The notes: generated by a model not told the origin, from the sequence alone. Shown: positions 1 to 12,936, counted from the first letter of the stretch. The stretch: DNA of 64,000 nt from Ginglymostoma cirratum (GCA_024137785.1 JAHRHZ010000013.1:15606672-15670671); one strand, 5' to 3'. A program made the numbers and translations.

Positions 1-2250
1 ACTAATCTTCACCAGTTTGAAAGCTTTTATTTTTGTTTTTATGCTGTCCCTGATACCCTTGTCAGCCATGGTTGCCTCATCCTCCCCTTCATATACCTCT
101 TTGTCTTGGGATGAATATCTGCTGTGCCTCCCATATTACCTCTCGAAACCTTTGCCATTGTTGCTCTACCATCTTCCTTGCTGGGCTTTGATTGCAATTA
201 ACCCTGGTCAGCTCCTCCCTCATGTCTTTGTATTTATATTTTCTCAATTGCAATACTGTTACATCTGATTCCATTTTTTCCCTCTCAAACTGCAGCATTA
301 ATTCTATCATATTATGATCACTGCCCCCTAGAGTTTCCTTTGCCTTAAGCTCCTTAATCAAGTCTGCCTCATTACACATCATCAAATCCAAAACTGCCTG
401 TTTCCCCATGGGATCTACCACAAGCTGCTCCATAAAAACCTCTCAGACACTGTACAAATTCCTTTTCTTAAGATACACTACCAACCTGGTTTTCCCAGTA
501 CACCTGCATACTGAAGTCCCCGATGATTATTATAATAATGCCTTCCTCACGTGCCTTTTCTATCTCCTGATTTATTTTCTTCCCCACATCTTGACTGTTA
601 CTAGGAAGCCTGTACATAACTCCCACGAGGGTGTTTTTACCTTTGCGGTTCCTCAACTCTACCCATACAGATTCTATACCCTCTAACACTATATCACCTC
701 TTGCTATTGATTTAATTGCATTTCTTACGAATAAGGCAACCCCGTCTCCTCTGCCCATCTGCCTGTCTTTTCGATAGGATGCATATCCTTGGATATGTAT
801 TTCCCATGCCTGATTCCCTTATAGCCACCTCTCTGTGATACCCACAATATCACTCCTGCCAATTTCAATCAGTGCTACAAGCCAATTTACATTGTTTCAT
901 ATACTGAATGCATTATAGGACAACACCCTCAGTCCTGTGTGGACTGCCCCCCTTCTCAAAGTTGTCTCCTCATCTACTGTGCCTACAGTTGGATTCTTGA
1001 CCTTTTCCATACTCCCTGTCCTACTACTTGTTCTGGAAATGTTAATAACTTTTGCTGAGCCCTGCCCTCACCTTTAACTTTTTTCATAATCTTCCATGCA
1101 ATTGAACCCACACTCCCACTCTTTAAACCCATTTCTCCCACACCAATCTTTGAGCCACACATTTTTCTCTTTAATCTTCTTGATCTTGTTCCAAATTGTT
1201 CATGGCTCTGGTAGTAATTGGGAGATTATTACTTTTTTTGGTTCTGCTTTCTAATTTAGCCCATAGCTATTCATTTTCCCTGAGCAGAATCTACTTCTTC
1301 TTTCTACCTATATTTGTTGGTACCTACATGGATGACAACAGCTAGATCTTCTCCCTGCTATACCAAGTTCCTCTGCAGCCCAGATGAGATATTCTTAAAG
1401 CAGGCACCAGGCAGGCAACACAGCCTTCAGACTCTCAATTCTGACCACAGGGAAGGGTGTCTATTTTCCTGACAGTACTATCCCTGATTACAACTGCATT
1501 TCTCTTTTCTCCCCTCACTGGTGCTGTGGTCAGTTTGCTCATCCTCCCCACAGGTCCTACACTCATCCAACAGGGCGCAATAATCTCAAACTCGTTAGAC
1601 AAGCCCAAAGGCTGAGGTTCCCTATAGCCTCTATCTGCTTTGCCTGTAGTAACACCCTCCTGTCCCTGACTGCTGACTGAATTTGAGGTCGTTAATCTAA
1701 GGCATGTGACTGCCTCCTAAAAGACAGTGTCCAGGTAGCTCTTCCTCTCCCTGATGTATTGCAGTATTCGAAGCTCAGACTCCAGCTCATCAACTCTGAG
1801 CTGGAGTTCCTCAAGCAATCAACACTTGCTACAGATGTAATCATTATGAACCACAATGGGGCCCACCAGCTTCCACATCATAGAGCTACAGCCGATCACA
1901 TGGCCCGGCATCTATATTTTAATTACTTAGTTTTTAATTTCATTTAAAAAAACCCACACTTATCTTTTAGTTTGTAGCCTGTATATTTTTGCCCTAGTTA
2001 TCCTCAATCTGAAAGTAACCTGTAATGGATTGTCAGATTAGTAGCTATCACCAACCAATGAACTTACAGTTTACCTGTGATGTCACTAGTTCATGTTGGG
2101 ATCCTGATCCTGGACTTTAATTTCCCCTCTTTAAAAAAATACCTGACAAAAAGCACCTCTGCACTAAATTCCCACACTGCCTCCAAACCGCCCAAACTAT
2201 ATACTCACTCAGGCTGTGTCTCACTCTGAATGTCATATCTCCTTCCTGGC
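1..2250 (-). mobile_element. CR1 (HER1-like) LINE, 5' part: 5'UTR, ORF1 (Cys motif, coiled coil, SGNH esterase) and ORF2 endonuclease; degenerate; continues past the window edge
   Basis: Minus-strand peptides GRGDGVALFVR..ESVWVELRN..VGVMYR..IIIGDFS and AVLDLMMCNE..LGGSDHNMI (APE endonuclease). Near 1720-1910: YICSKC*LLEELQLRVDELESELR. Esterase-like remnants at 1250-1500. Many stops and frameshifts. Confidence 0.9.
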
Positions 2251-3389
2251 CATGCAAAGCTTACTGATCCAACATTGCTTTAAATAGTATTTTATCTGAA
2301 GGATTTTTAAAATACCATATAAAAGATGTTAACATTTTTATGAGTAATTAAATGTCATACAGAATACTGAATATATTATGCACTTATTTTGCAGCTCATT
2401 TTTAGGTACTTGAGGCTAGGTTTGCAGCTGCTGCATCAGAATAGGGATTCCTTTTTGTAGGACTGTCTGAAACAATGTATTCTCTGAGTAAAAAATGTGC
2501 TTCTTGGGCACTTTAATTAATAAAGCAGATGGGAAACATGTCTTAGCGCACATGTCTTGCTGTAATATGGTTTCATATGGCATCAAATGAAGCATTTATT
2601 ATGACAGGGATGGGCACTTTATTGTGTTTCTAATCTTTCTGGTTAGGTCATTTTACCCTTCACCTTTGACTAAGATTTTGTAGTCAATACACTCTAAGAT
2701 GCATTAGTAGAAATTGCACCTATGTTTCATTCCAATTCATCTGAAGAGCATGTTGTTCACAGCCCCCCTCAGGCAGACAGCCACATGCACGAAAAACAAA
2801 CGGCTCCATTAAACGATTGGGCAAAAATACTTTAATGAAAGAAGTCATCATCTGATGTTATATGGTTAAACAAAGCATTATCCTGCAACAATGCCGATTT
2901 GCTTCCACTGAGTAGATTCGACACAAGCTAAATGAACGACAGCTTGCTTGACCGTCAGTTCAGAGTGAATTATTGTCAGTTAAATGTGTCAATTTCGTTC
3001 TACAATATCATGTAAAGTCCAAAAAAGGTAAAATGTTACAATATTTGTTAACTTCTTAAAATAAATGAAAGTCATGAAAAATAGTTTCAATATAGCAATG
3101 TTGCATTTTTTTTGATAATGTCGACACCACAAGATCCACTGACTCCATTTGCTGTCTTACAGATTTACTCACATGTACAAGACTCACTAGGGCAGGCCCT
3201 GTATTTAGAAGGTGAGTACCTGCTATTCTTATGGTCCTGTAATTTATATTGAAGTCAAGAAGCTCCTAGAAATTATTAATCCCATATTTCTTTTTATTTT
3301 TCAGAAACAATTGCTATATAAAAGGTGTAACAAATACATCTTTGTGTATATTTCGAGGTGAATATGAAACTTTTGAGTCTGTGGTTAAT

Positions 3390-4790
3390 GTTCAACACAA
3401 TAACATTTCCAGCACCTATAAGGTAATGAAACACCCCAAGGCACTGCACAAGAGCAATACAAAACAAGGTGTGAAACCCAGCCACATAAAGAGATATTGT
3501 CACATTCCCAAATGTTTGACTTAAAGTGACTCAAACCACAAAACTGAAGTACAAAGGAGAAAAGGTTTAGAGAGAGCATCCCAGAGCTTTGGACCTGGAC
3601 AACGGGGAAAAAAAAATCATCAAATGATTAAAATTAGGTACGATGGACCAGAATTACAGGAGTGCAAGTATCAGGAAGGGGTCACAGGTAGAAAGAAATT
3701 ATATGGAGGAGGCTATGGGATTGGGACAAGGTCATGAGTGGATTCAGAAACATGGATGAGAATTTTAAAATGAAGACTGGACTGGGAGTCCATATGACCA
3801 AATGGACATAATGCATAGGAGCAGAAGTAGGCCATTCAGTCTATCTATTCTGCTTGTTCATTCAATGAGATCATGGCTTCATTTCCCCCAATATCCTTGA
3901 TCCTTTACTGGTTAAAAAGCCTTGGATTTAGGTGAATATAGGTTAGTGAGCACACAAATGATAGATGAACAGTACTGGTATGAGTTTCAACAGTAGATGA
4001 GCTGAGACATTGACGAAGTCAGGTGATGCTATGGAGGTGGAACTAGGCAGTTTTAGTGATGGCGCAGATATGTAGTTGGAAGTCATCTTGGGATCAAATA
4101 TAACATAATGGTTGTGAACAGACTAATTTGATCTCAGACTATTGAGGGGAAGAGCGATGGAGTTTGTAACTAGGGAACAGATTTGGGAGTAGGGACTGAA
4201 AACAATGAAACTGAAACCAAGTTCTGAGGAAGCGTTACTTCACCCAAAGCATTAACTCTGATTTCTCTTCACAGATGCTATCAGACCTGCTGAGCTTTTC
4301 CAGCAACATCTGTTTCTGTTACTGAAAACAATGACTTAGTTTTCCTAATATTTAATTGGGGGAAGTTTCTGTTCACCGATACCGGATGCAAATAATCAAT
4401 CTGCTATTTTAGTAACAGTGGAGTAGTTGAGAGAGCTGATGAGGTACAGCTGGGTGTCCTCAGAATATGTTATGCTTTGGATGCTGTCACTGAAGGCCAA
4501 CATTTAGATGAGAAATAGGAGGAAGCCAATGACAGATTATAGAGGCTAACAAAGGTTAGTGATGCAAAGACATGTAGAGAAGTTATTGTAAATGACAACA
4601 AAATTACATAGACAAGAATGGAACCAAATGAGAGCTTTCCCATCCAGACGAACAGCAATGGACAGGTATGGAGAAGGATGCTATGGTCAATATTATCAAA
4701 GGCTGCAGATTGGTCAAGAAGAATAACAGACAACAGTCACAGAGGATGCCATTTGGGACAGCTTTTATTCTCACAGTTTCACACAAAATC
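3390..4790 (-). mobile_element. L2-clade LINE 3' fragment, interrupted by a CR1 tail (~3805-3925) and a Penelope-derived insert (4209-4320)
   Basis: Minus-strand ORF 4470-4733 contains VILLDQSAAFDNIDHSILL, matching the L2 RT motif LLDLSAAFDTVDH. Confidence 0.75.
4209..4320 (+). mobile_element. Short Penelope-derived element with decayed minimal hammerhead motif and a 14-bp TSD
   Basis: actgaaaacaatga is repeated at 4195-4208 and 4321-4334. Insert contains agtt-ctgagga-a-...-cattaact and the same arm sequence as 29909-29988. Confidence 0.7.
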
Positions 4791-5089
4791 ATGTGCGGAT
4801 TGTGACTTGCTAGTCAGTTTAGTGAGTAGAAAATCTCAGACAGCAAAGCCTTGGTTTCACTAGAAATGGTAACAATCTTGTATTTATAGCCTCTAGATAT
4901 CCTTCCTGAAAGTACCACTTCCTACAGGGAGTACTTACAGAAGCATTCATTAAAGTTTTGCTAATCATCAAAATAGTTCTCAGGAAAGAATCTGAAGCAG
5001 AATGTGTTTCACTTTCAAATGTTGAATGAACTCCCGTGCATTTCTAATATTTTGTTTTTAACTTCAAATTTCAAACATTTGCAATACAC

Positions 5090-5520
5090 ACAATTATATG
5101 GAATGCACAACACAGACATAGGCCATCTGACCCGCCTCAGCCATACTGGTGTTTATGTGTCGTTTCCCATTTCATCTACCTTTCTCAACCTTTTGGCACA
5201 TTATGCTATTCCTTTTCCTCTCAAATACTCATCCATTTATTCTTTGACAGCTTTTCAGCTGTCTGTGTCATCTACTTCCTCTTCAAGTAAGTTCCAGATT
5301 CTAATGACTCTCCAAGTAAACAAATCTATCCTTATTTCCACACTGGATTTGATAGTAACTATTGTGTATTTACAGTTCTTTGTTATGGATTCTTCCAAAA
5401 GTGGAAGGTTTGCTTTGCCCAAGTTATTCATAACTTAAAAATCTCTTAATCAGGTCATCTCCAAGTCTTCGCATTAATCTGTTTAATCTATGCAATAAGC
5501 ATTAACTCTCAGTTTTGTTT
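5090..5520 (-). mobile_element. Old CR1 3' fragment
   Basis: Resembles the reverse complement of the CR1 3' ends elsewhere in the window (cataggccat..., aagttccagattcta...). Confidence 0.55.
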
Positions 5521-5665
5521 CAATTCTTCTCAATCATTTCTTGATTCTTCAAGGTTCACAGCCAATTTATTCTCATTCTGCATGTCCTTACAAATTTATT
5601 AAAACTAGTTTTGGAAAGGTGATTTTTACCTTATGTTTCAAGGTTAACAAGAATTCCCATGAAAC

Positions 5666-5914
5666 TGTTTTACTCTGCGTAGAACATTCACTAATATGCT
5701 GACCAACAGGAACACTTTTTATTCAGGGAGCTAATAACTAAAGTCTGGAGTTCTGAAGTTCCACCTCTATTATACCCTTTGAGTGAGTCACATGCGCAGT
5801 AATGCACAACTCAAAGACTTCCGGTACGCTGTGAATACAGACAAGAACAAAGGAAACAAAATAAAATGAGGTAATTGGGTGGTATTAAGTGTTACAACGT
5901 TTCCTCTCCCCTCC
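5666..5914 (-). mobile_element. Possible LTR relic (~230 bp) with an adjacent polypurine tract
   Basis: Minus strand: ggaggggagaggaa (5901-5914), TGTAAC at 5896, CCGGAAGT and TGCGCATG motifs, ggtataata (~5770), AATAAA (5718-5723), ending AAAACA at 5666. No TSD seen. Confidence 0.45.
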
Positions 5915-6095
5915 ATTTAAATCCAGCCCTAACAGATTAGTTAAGGTCTGCATTCCCTCGCAGCTGCAAGGGTTATGAAAAGAGGATGCCTGCTTGGTTT
6001 TAATCCAGTTCCTAGTGGACCCAAACATTGAAAAACTCTCTCATTCTTGGTATTGTTGCTAATCCATCAACATGGTGCAAAGTGCATGAGGATAG
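5915..6095 (+). mobile_element. LF-SINE-related relic
   Basis: Colinear blocks aatccagccc and tccagttcctagtggac match the LF-SINE consensus as recalled; not searched. Confidence 0.5.
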
Positions 6096-7494
6096 CTGCA
6101 ATTCATTCCTCTGAATCATGGAAAATGATAATTTAATTTATACTTTGTACTATTTCTTGTTTGTTTTGGTCGTTTTCTTCAAGCTCCCCTCTTACTCTGA
6201 GAGGCTTTCACTGTCCTGAAGGAATCTAATACCATCCCTGCCACTCAAATATTCCTCAAACGGGACAATGAGGACTAATCCCCACTTTCTTCCCAGCTGT
6301 AAGATCATTTCAGTTCTACTGCCCTGAGTGCAGATCCAACTAACAGAACTAACTCAATAAAGACTGGAGATTCAAATTTAACAGTTACACACCTCACTGC
6401 TGAACTTCCTAAGTTATGCAGAATGTCATCAGCAGCAAGTTCTCACCAAAAGGCTGCCCACATTTACAGAGCTCGGCTGAGCAATTACATAGGAACAGAG
6501 AGACAAAAGAAGCTTGTTCTTGCCATTCAGCCCATTCTGCCAATTCAATCAGATCATGACTGATTGCACTGAATTTGCTCACTGTGGGTCTGTTACTAAT
6601 TCTTGACCTGTGAAGGAATGATTCAGACAATCACTGGAGACAAAAGGGGACATTTTCCTCAGAGTTGAGTTTCTAAGAGTACTGTTAAGCAAATGCACAC
6701 GTATAGACATGTTTCCAACTGTACCAAATCCTAGTGGAGACTTTCTTTGCAAAATCATACAGCTGTAAAGGCTCAGATTTTCCAAAACCCAGGCAGTCAC
6801 TTTTCTGGTGTAGATGGGAGTTACGTATGTGGAGACTCTGAAGGAATTGCCCAGGAAATTGAATTTTCCACTGGGCAATTCTTCTACACCTGGAACCCAC
6901 AGGCAGTCTCAGTTGAAATCAGAGATGTCAGGTTGTTCCAATGAAACAATCTAAAATTGTTACTCAAGAAAGGTTAGATGTCTGAGCTCATGAGTAAGTA
7001 TTAAACTGATGTCATATTTAGTATGCACACGCTCAAGCAAACCTCCCTCAGTCCACTTACAATCCCCCAGACTCCCCTTTATCCTCCTGTCAGATCTGAA
7101 CCCCACGCACCTACTGCTGGAGACAATCTGACAGCCCGTCCCTTCTACCCCTGGACCCAATGCTCCCTTATTCCCTGCTTTCTGACATTCAACCTCCACT
7201 TCTGCTGGATCCGATTTCTCCACACGATATACCCAAAACAGTCCAGCACCTACTCTGCCATCTTGTACACTACGCACATAGCACCCTAGCCCTTTCCAAC
7301 TGGCATCCTACAGCCTATCCAGCAGGCAACCTATCCAGTTGGTGCCTACTCACCTGGCATGCCATCCCATATCCATTTGACATACTACCCTCCCAACACC
7401 TAAAACCACCCCTCACTTATATCCCTACAGTTTGACAGCAGCTGTCAAAGTGGCTTTCTGAACCTTTAAATACACCAGCTGACTACTGGAAATA

Positions 7495-8080
7495 AGCATA
7501 GGGAAATAGGAAACAGGAGCAGGAATTGGCCATTCAGTCCATCATTCTTGATCCACCATGCAACCAGATCATGGCTGCTTGTCGGTCTCATTGCCATTTT
7601 CTTGCAGGATCAACATCAACACCATTTTCCTGCAGCAGGTCTGTACCCCACTGTGTAAATAATCTCAAAAAAATCCTCTCTTTAAATGTACTGAACATTT
7701 CAGCCTCCACAATACTCTTGGGGAAAGACATTCAAAGATTTACCACACCTCAGAGTGAAGAAATTCTTCCTCAGCTCGGGCCGAAATGACCTCTCTCTTA
7801 TTCGGCAGACTGTGTGCCTCAGATCAAGGCCATCTCCCCAACCCCCTCATTCCAGTCAGGGGAAACATGCATCTATCCTGTCAAGCTGCATATTTCAGAA
7901 TATTGTATATTTCGGTGAGATAATCTCTCCTTCTTCTAAACTGCAGAATATAGACCCAGTCTCCTCAAACTCTTTTCAAATGGACAATCTTGCCATCAGT
8001 CTTTGTTGCACTCTCGATGTAACAAGTATATCCTTTAGATAATGGGACTGAAATGAAATAATATTCCCGATGAGGTCTAA
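7495..8080 (-). mobile_element. CR1 3' fragment
   Basis: Reverse CR1 tail (gaaatagg..ggagcagg..ggccattcag) followed by RT C-terminal sequence (gaagaaattcttcctc). Confidence 0.75.
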
Positions 8081-8785
8081 CTAATGCTTGACCTGCTGTG
8101 TTCATCCAGCCCCATGCTTGTTATCTCGGATTCTCCAGCATCTGCAGTACCTTTTATCTCTAACTAATGCTGTCTTTAGTTATACCAACACTTCTTCATG
8201 CCTGCATTTAAATAAACTTACTGAACAAATCCTACATAACACAGAAATAATGAACTTGCTTCAAACAGTCAGCAGTAACAGAGTTTATGCTGCAATGCAA
8301 AAATACGCGCTGCTTTCACCTTATTAGGGTTAAGAAAAAGATAGCGAGGATCAGCAACTCAGTGACCCTGAGGGGCCATCTTTGTTCAGCAACCTGGTGG
8401 AACATAATTCAAGAGAAAACACTTGCTCTTTTAATTTACGCCCTTTCAAGGTCAAGTGCTTAACTGGTTTCAGTCATCACTGAGCTGTGTAATTGATACT
8501 CACTGAAAAAAAGAAATAAAAATAGAAAATGCTAGAAAACTCAGTGGGTCTGGCAGCATAAGTAAGTAAATCAGAATGAATGGACAGAATTTAACAGGCC
8601 TTGCTGAATGCGACGTTGTCCGTAATATTCCCGAGGCGGTCCTAGTGCCTGGTTCCCCGGCCAGACTGCAATTTTACTGGGGAACAAACTTGCTTTCCCC
8701 AAAGGAAAATAGTGGGAGGGGGGATCCACCTCCATTGAAGAGCCTCTTTTGAGATCATGCTCTCAACAACCTTTTTCTCCAAAAA

Positions 8786-9147
8786 TAATCAGGGAATCCC
8801 TACAGCGTGGAAATAGGCCAATCAGCCCACTCAGTCCACACTGGCCCTCCAAAGAGCAGATCAGCCAAATCACTGCACCCTACTTTATTCCTGTAATCCT
8901 GCATCTCCCATGGCTAACCCACCTAGCCTGCACATTGCTGGACACTCTGGGCAATTTAGCATGGCCAATCCAACTAACCTGCACATCTTTGGACTGTGGA
9001 ATGAAACCAGAACACCCGGAGGAAACCCACACAAACACAGGGAGAATGTGCAAACTCCAGACAGACAGTTGTCTAAGGCTGGAATCGAACGTGGGTCTCC
9101 GGTGCTGTGAGGCAGCAGTGCTAACCAATGAGCCAACATGCTGCCCC
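8786..9147 (-). mobile_element. HE1 (V-SINE) copy
   Basis: tRNA-like head (ggttagcactgctgcctcacagc, gttcgattcc), V-domain (gtgtggagtttgcacattctcc..cccacagtccaaagatgtgcaggttag) and CR1-like tail. Confidence 0.9.
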
Positions 9148-10069
9148 AGTCAGGTCAAGCCTGATTCACCCTCCAGCCTGCCTGCCCTTCCAATCACAAT
9201 ACTAACTCCTTTCTGTCCACACTTCTCTACTCATCACAGCCATGAGACTCTGGAATTCCCTATGACATTGACTCTGGGGACTGCTTGTACGCCTAACAGT
9301 CACCACTACTCCCAGGGGTGCTGCTGGGACTATAGAGCTATCACCAACACTCTAGGAGGATGACCTCTATCTGAGAGAGTGGGGAAATACCCGCCTGTAG
9401 TCACTAACTTCCCAGGGGCACTGAAATGCTGGGAATGGGGGCAAGACTCGGAGATTTGCCTGATCAGCAGAGTGTATTCCCTGCTCGCGTGTCCTTTGGT
9501 CGGGTGAGAGACCCCACCATCAGATACATCTACCAAGTGCTTCAGCCAAAAATCCAGACAGAATGTTAACTGAACAAAGGGCAGGTTTAGGTTAAGGGAG
9601 GCAGAGTAAACTCTCCCCCTCCCCAAAATCTTCATTTCTACCATTAATGGAGATGTAAAGGTGGTCAGGTGACCCACCTGCTCATATAAAGCTATTTGGA
9701 CCTTTAAACAAAAAAAAGTTATCAAGAGCTTCCAGAATATTCTGCGCTTATTTCAGATTTCCAGCTGCCACAGTAAGTTACTCTCGTCTAAATAAAGAAG
9801 AACATTCACAGATAGAACGAGTCAAAAAGACGTAAATTTTGTAATTTTTTAATAGCGTCATCTTCAAGGTTAAAGAGTTGTTAAGTCTTTTCCTGTTGTT
9901 TGTAGTACATGTGGTAATACGATGGTATAATTTACATTGAAGGGCAACATTATGGTGCAAAAATGTCATTTCTGCTTGGGAGATGCTGTGTTATTCTGCT
10001 TAATCGCCTTACTTCCCAAAACTAAAGCATTCTCAGCTCCCTCAATGATGGGGAGTTATCAAATGTGGA

Positions 10070-10380
10070 GCTGGGGTACACAGACAGAAAAACGCTTGTG
10101 TTAATCTCTAATCTGTACTGAACTAGATGACCTCATTGCAAACAATATCAGAAGCGCTACATCTGGCTCCAACAGCAGTTAATCGAGGCCAATGCAAAGT
10201 CTGCCAGCATTCCCAATGTTAATTAATAACAGTAACTGTTATCCAAAATTGCCATACATGCAGGCATAGGCCTATGCCCATGATAGTTGAATACGTGCTG
10301 AGATGGATTAGGTTCACATTTGAGAAACGGGTTTTTGCAAAAAGGCACTGAACGACAGATATGTCTATCAGTCCTGATAC
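10070..10380 (+). mobile_element. AmnSINE2-like ancient SINE relic (fainter antisense pieces at ~6270-6400 and ~15660-15730)
   Basis: Colinear similarity to the recalled consensus: tctgtactgaactagatgacctca, gcgctacatctggc, gttgaata, ttaggttcacattt. Confidence 0.45.
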
Positions 10381-12577
10381 AGGAAGATCCAGACACAGGA
10401 ACACAAACACAAAATTTGATTGGATCAAAGCATTTCGCGCTGAGACCTATTTGCGTTAAGCTACACTTTAAGCTATCCGTGCAGTTCTGTCTTTGCCACA
10501 TCCATTTTTCATAGGTAAAATTGCTTCAATTTTGGGCCTGTTCTTCTGAGTTTCATGTCACACCACAAATGGAGCGATCTACAGAGCAGCTCCTGAGTTT
10601 CTAAAGAAGCAACGTTGGCAGAAGCAGGTTCTTAATATAAATATAACACAGAGGCAACAATAGAACTTTCACTGACATTTGGATCAGTGAATGCTATACT
10701 TCTTCAACATGTGCTTAGTGTGTAATCTGATCTGATAAGATGGTGACATACAGCAGTCCTTTGAATGCAGCCTTATACTGAGAAAGCATTTCTAAAGTGT
10801 TCTATCAGTCTTAACTCCTCTCATTCTTTTCACTGCTCAAAAGCTTACAGCATAAATTCCATTCAAAATAAACAAATGTATCTATCTGGCTTTGTGGAAG
10901 ATGAAACATGGTATAAATATTTCACAGACAATTGTTGACAACATTGTCATTGATATGTTCCAAACCACATCACCTAATGAAATCTTTCAACATCCAGGCA
11001 GACTTGTCTACTCAGTTCACAACACTAGGAATGCTTTTATTCTGAGATCTGACAGTATGGGAGATGTCAAACAATTATTCTGTCAGGGGTATTGATAAAA
11101 GGTTCTTTACACTGAAGGGAAAGGTAAACTTTGGACTGAAACAAAAGGCCAGAAAAATATTAAAATAGTCACTGTTTTATCAAAAACAGCTACATTAAAA
11201 TGGTGACTTTTCTTCAAAAATACATCATTGATTGTTGAAAGTATTATGAGACACCATTAGTTTATGAAAAATGCTGACAAAGATAAGCTTTTTCTTTGAA
11301 TCAAATTCAAACAGAAACATGCTACTTGATAATATATTCGAATGATGTACCTGGAGTGCCACCTTGACCAGTTTCTATGATCTCCAACAGCAAAAAGAAA
11401 ATAAATTACAGCTTTTCATTCTCAGCAGTTAGACCTGTGAAGCTTACAGGTATGCCTCTAACATGAAGTTTAACGTATTGGTTGCTGAATGGTATATATT
11501 GTGGCTAAGCTTTAAAAGCTCGTGGTGATCAATGGGTAAGCCATTGTAATAGGCTTTGATAGTGATTAATGAAAGTGGAAACAAAAGGCTTACTTATTCT
11601 CTATCATTGTATTAATTTTAGCTGCGCAAAATGTTAGCTGTCAAGCAGCAAAGAAGAATGAATGGCAACAAATATAATTGTATTACACAGTAAAGAGTCT
11701 TGTGACGCCCATATGCAGCATTAATAATTACCAAAATATCAGGCAAATGTCATTTTACAAATCAGATATAAATTACAGTGTTGATGATAGAAGTATTTTC
11801 ATGATGTTTCTTCTTTAAACCATAGGCAGAAGCTAAAAAAATGCAATTTTTCAAAGAATTGCAAACTTGATTCTTCGACAATAAGGTAAGTCCTAAATAG
11901 GATTGAAAAAAAGGATATCCTTTACCATGTACCTTTCTCAGCTGAAAGTTCACCTTACACTGATGCGTGTTGGTCTATCTGCGGGTCAGGTCCAGGGTCA
12001 AACACCTACTGAGCTTATTTGATACTGAGCCTCAGAGGAACAAGGCCAGGTTTCTGCAGGAGGGCTGGAGTGAGGGACTGAGGAGAATGTGCATGATCCA
12101 TTCTGCTTATTACATTTCAACATAATTGCTGGTTCACTCCCCTCCTTTAATGTGAACACAAGCCCACAGCCCAATGCACATAGCAGCCCTACCTATAGAG
12201 GATACAACACAGACATTTTTTTTTTAAACTGGGAATTAAGTACTCAAATAATCACATTAGTTGTTTCTACTGTGATTTTGTAGCTTTCAGTCAAATAAAT
12301 CTTTATAAAAGCCTGAGCATGGGGCATTATTCCTTCATTAGAAGCTATTCAGCCATGGAGGGTCATCCTACTCTAGCTACAACTGTTGAATACTAAGTCT
12401 GTTGCTATGTGAAGATTTCTTCTGCAAAGTCTTAAAAGGACACTACAAGTTTGGAGGGAAAAAAATATGAGCTCTGATACATTAACCACCAGCACAATAT
12501 TCTCACCAGCTCAAAAACAATTTGTGCTCGATAAATGACAACATGAGTTACAGCATTTGGCATTCTCAAACGCTAAA

Positions 12578-12936
12578 GGGGCATCTCAGTGATTAGCACT
12601 GCTGCCTTACATCACCAGGGACCCAGGTTTGGTTCTAGCCTCGGGTGACTGTCTGTGCAGAGTTTGCATTTTCTCCCAGTATCTGCATGGGTTTCCTCCA
12701 GGTACCTTGGTTTCCTCCCACAGTCCAAAGATGGTGTAGGTTATGTGGGGTTGGCCTTGCTAAATTGCCCATAGTGTCCAGGATGTGCAGGTTAGGTGGA
12801 CTGGGCATGAGGAATGTAAGATGACAGCAATAGGGTAGGTGAGTAGGTCTGGGTGGGATGCTCTTCAGAGGGTCAGCGCGGTCTCGATGGGCCAAATGGC
12901 CTGTGTCCATACTGTGGGGAATTCAATGATTCTATG
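12578..12936 (+). mobile_element. HE1 (V-SINE) copy
   Basis: Head, V-domain and tail (..gattctatga) as in the other copies. Confidence 0.9.

Noticed and set aside
5915-5945. Apparent Gypsy pol end (SVR-LDL) next to the PPT
   Set aside because: The same bases are better explained by the LF-SINE-like match on the plus strand.
8749-9363. 204-aa ORF and similar ORFs at 28727, 39163, 44454, 52607, 53680 and 55096
   Set aside because: All are read-through of HE1 SINE sequence; the same peptides recur in every copy.
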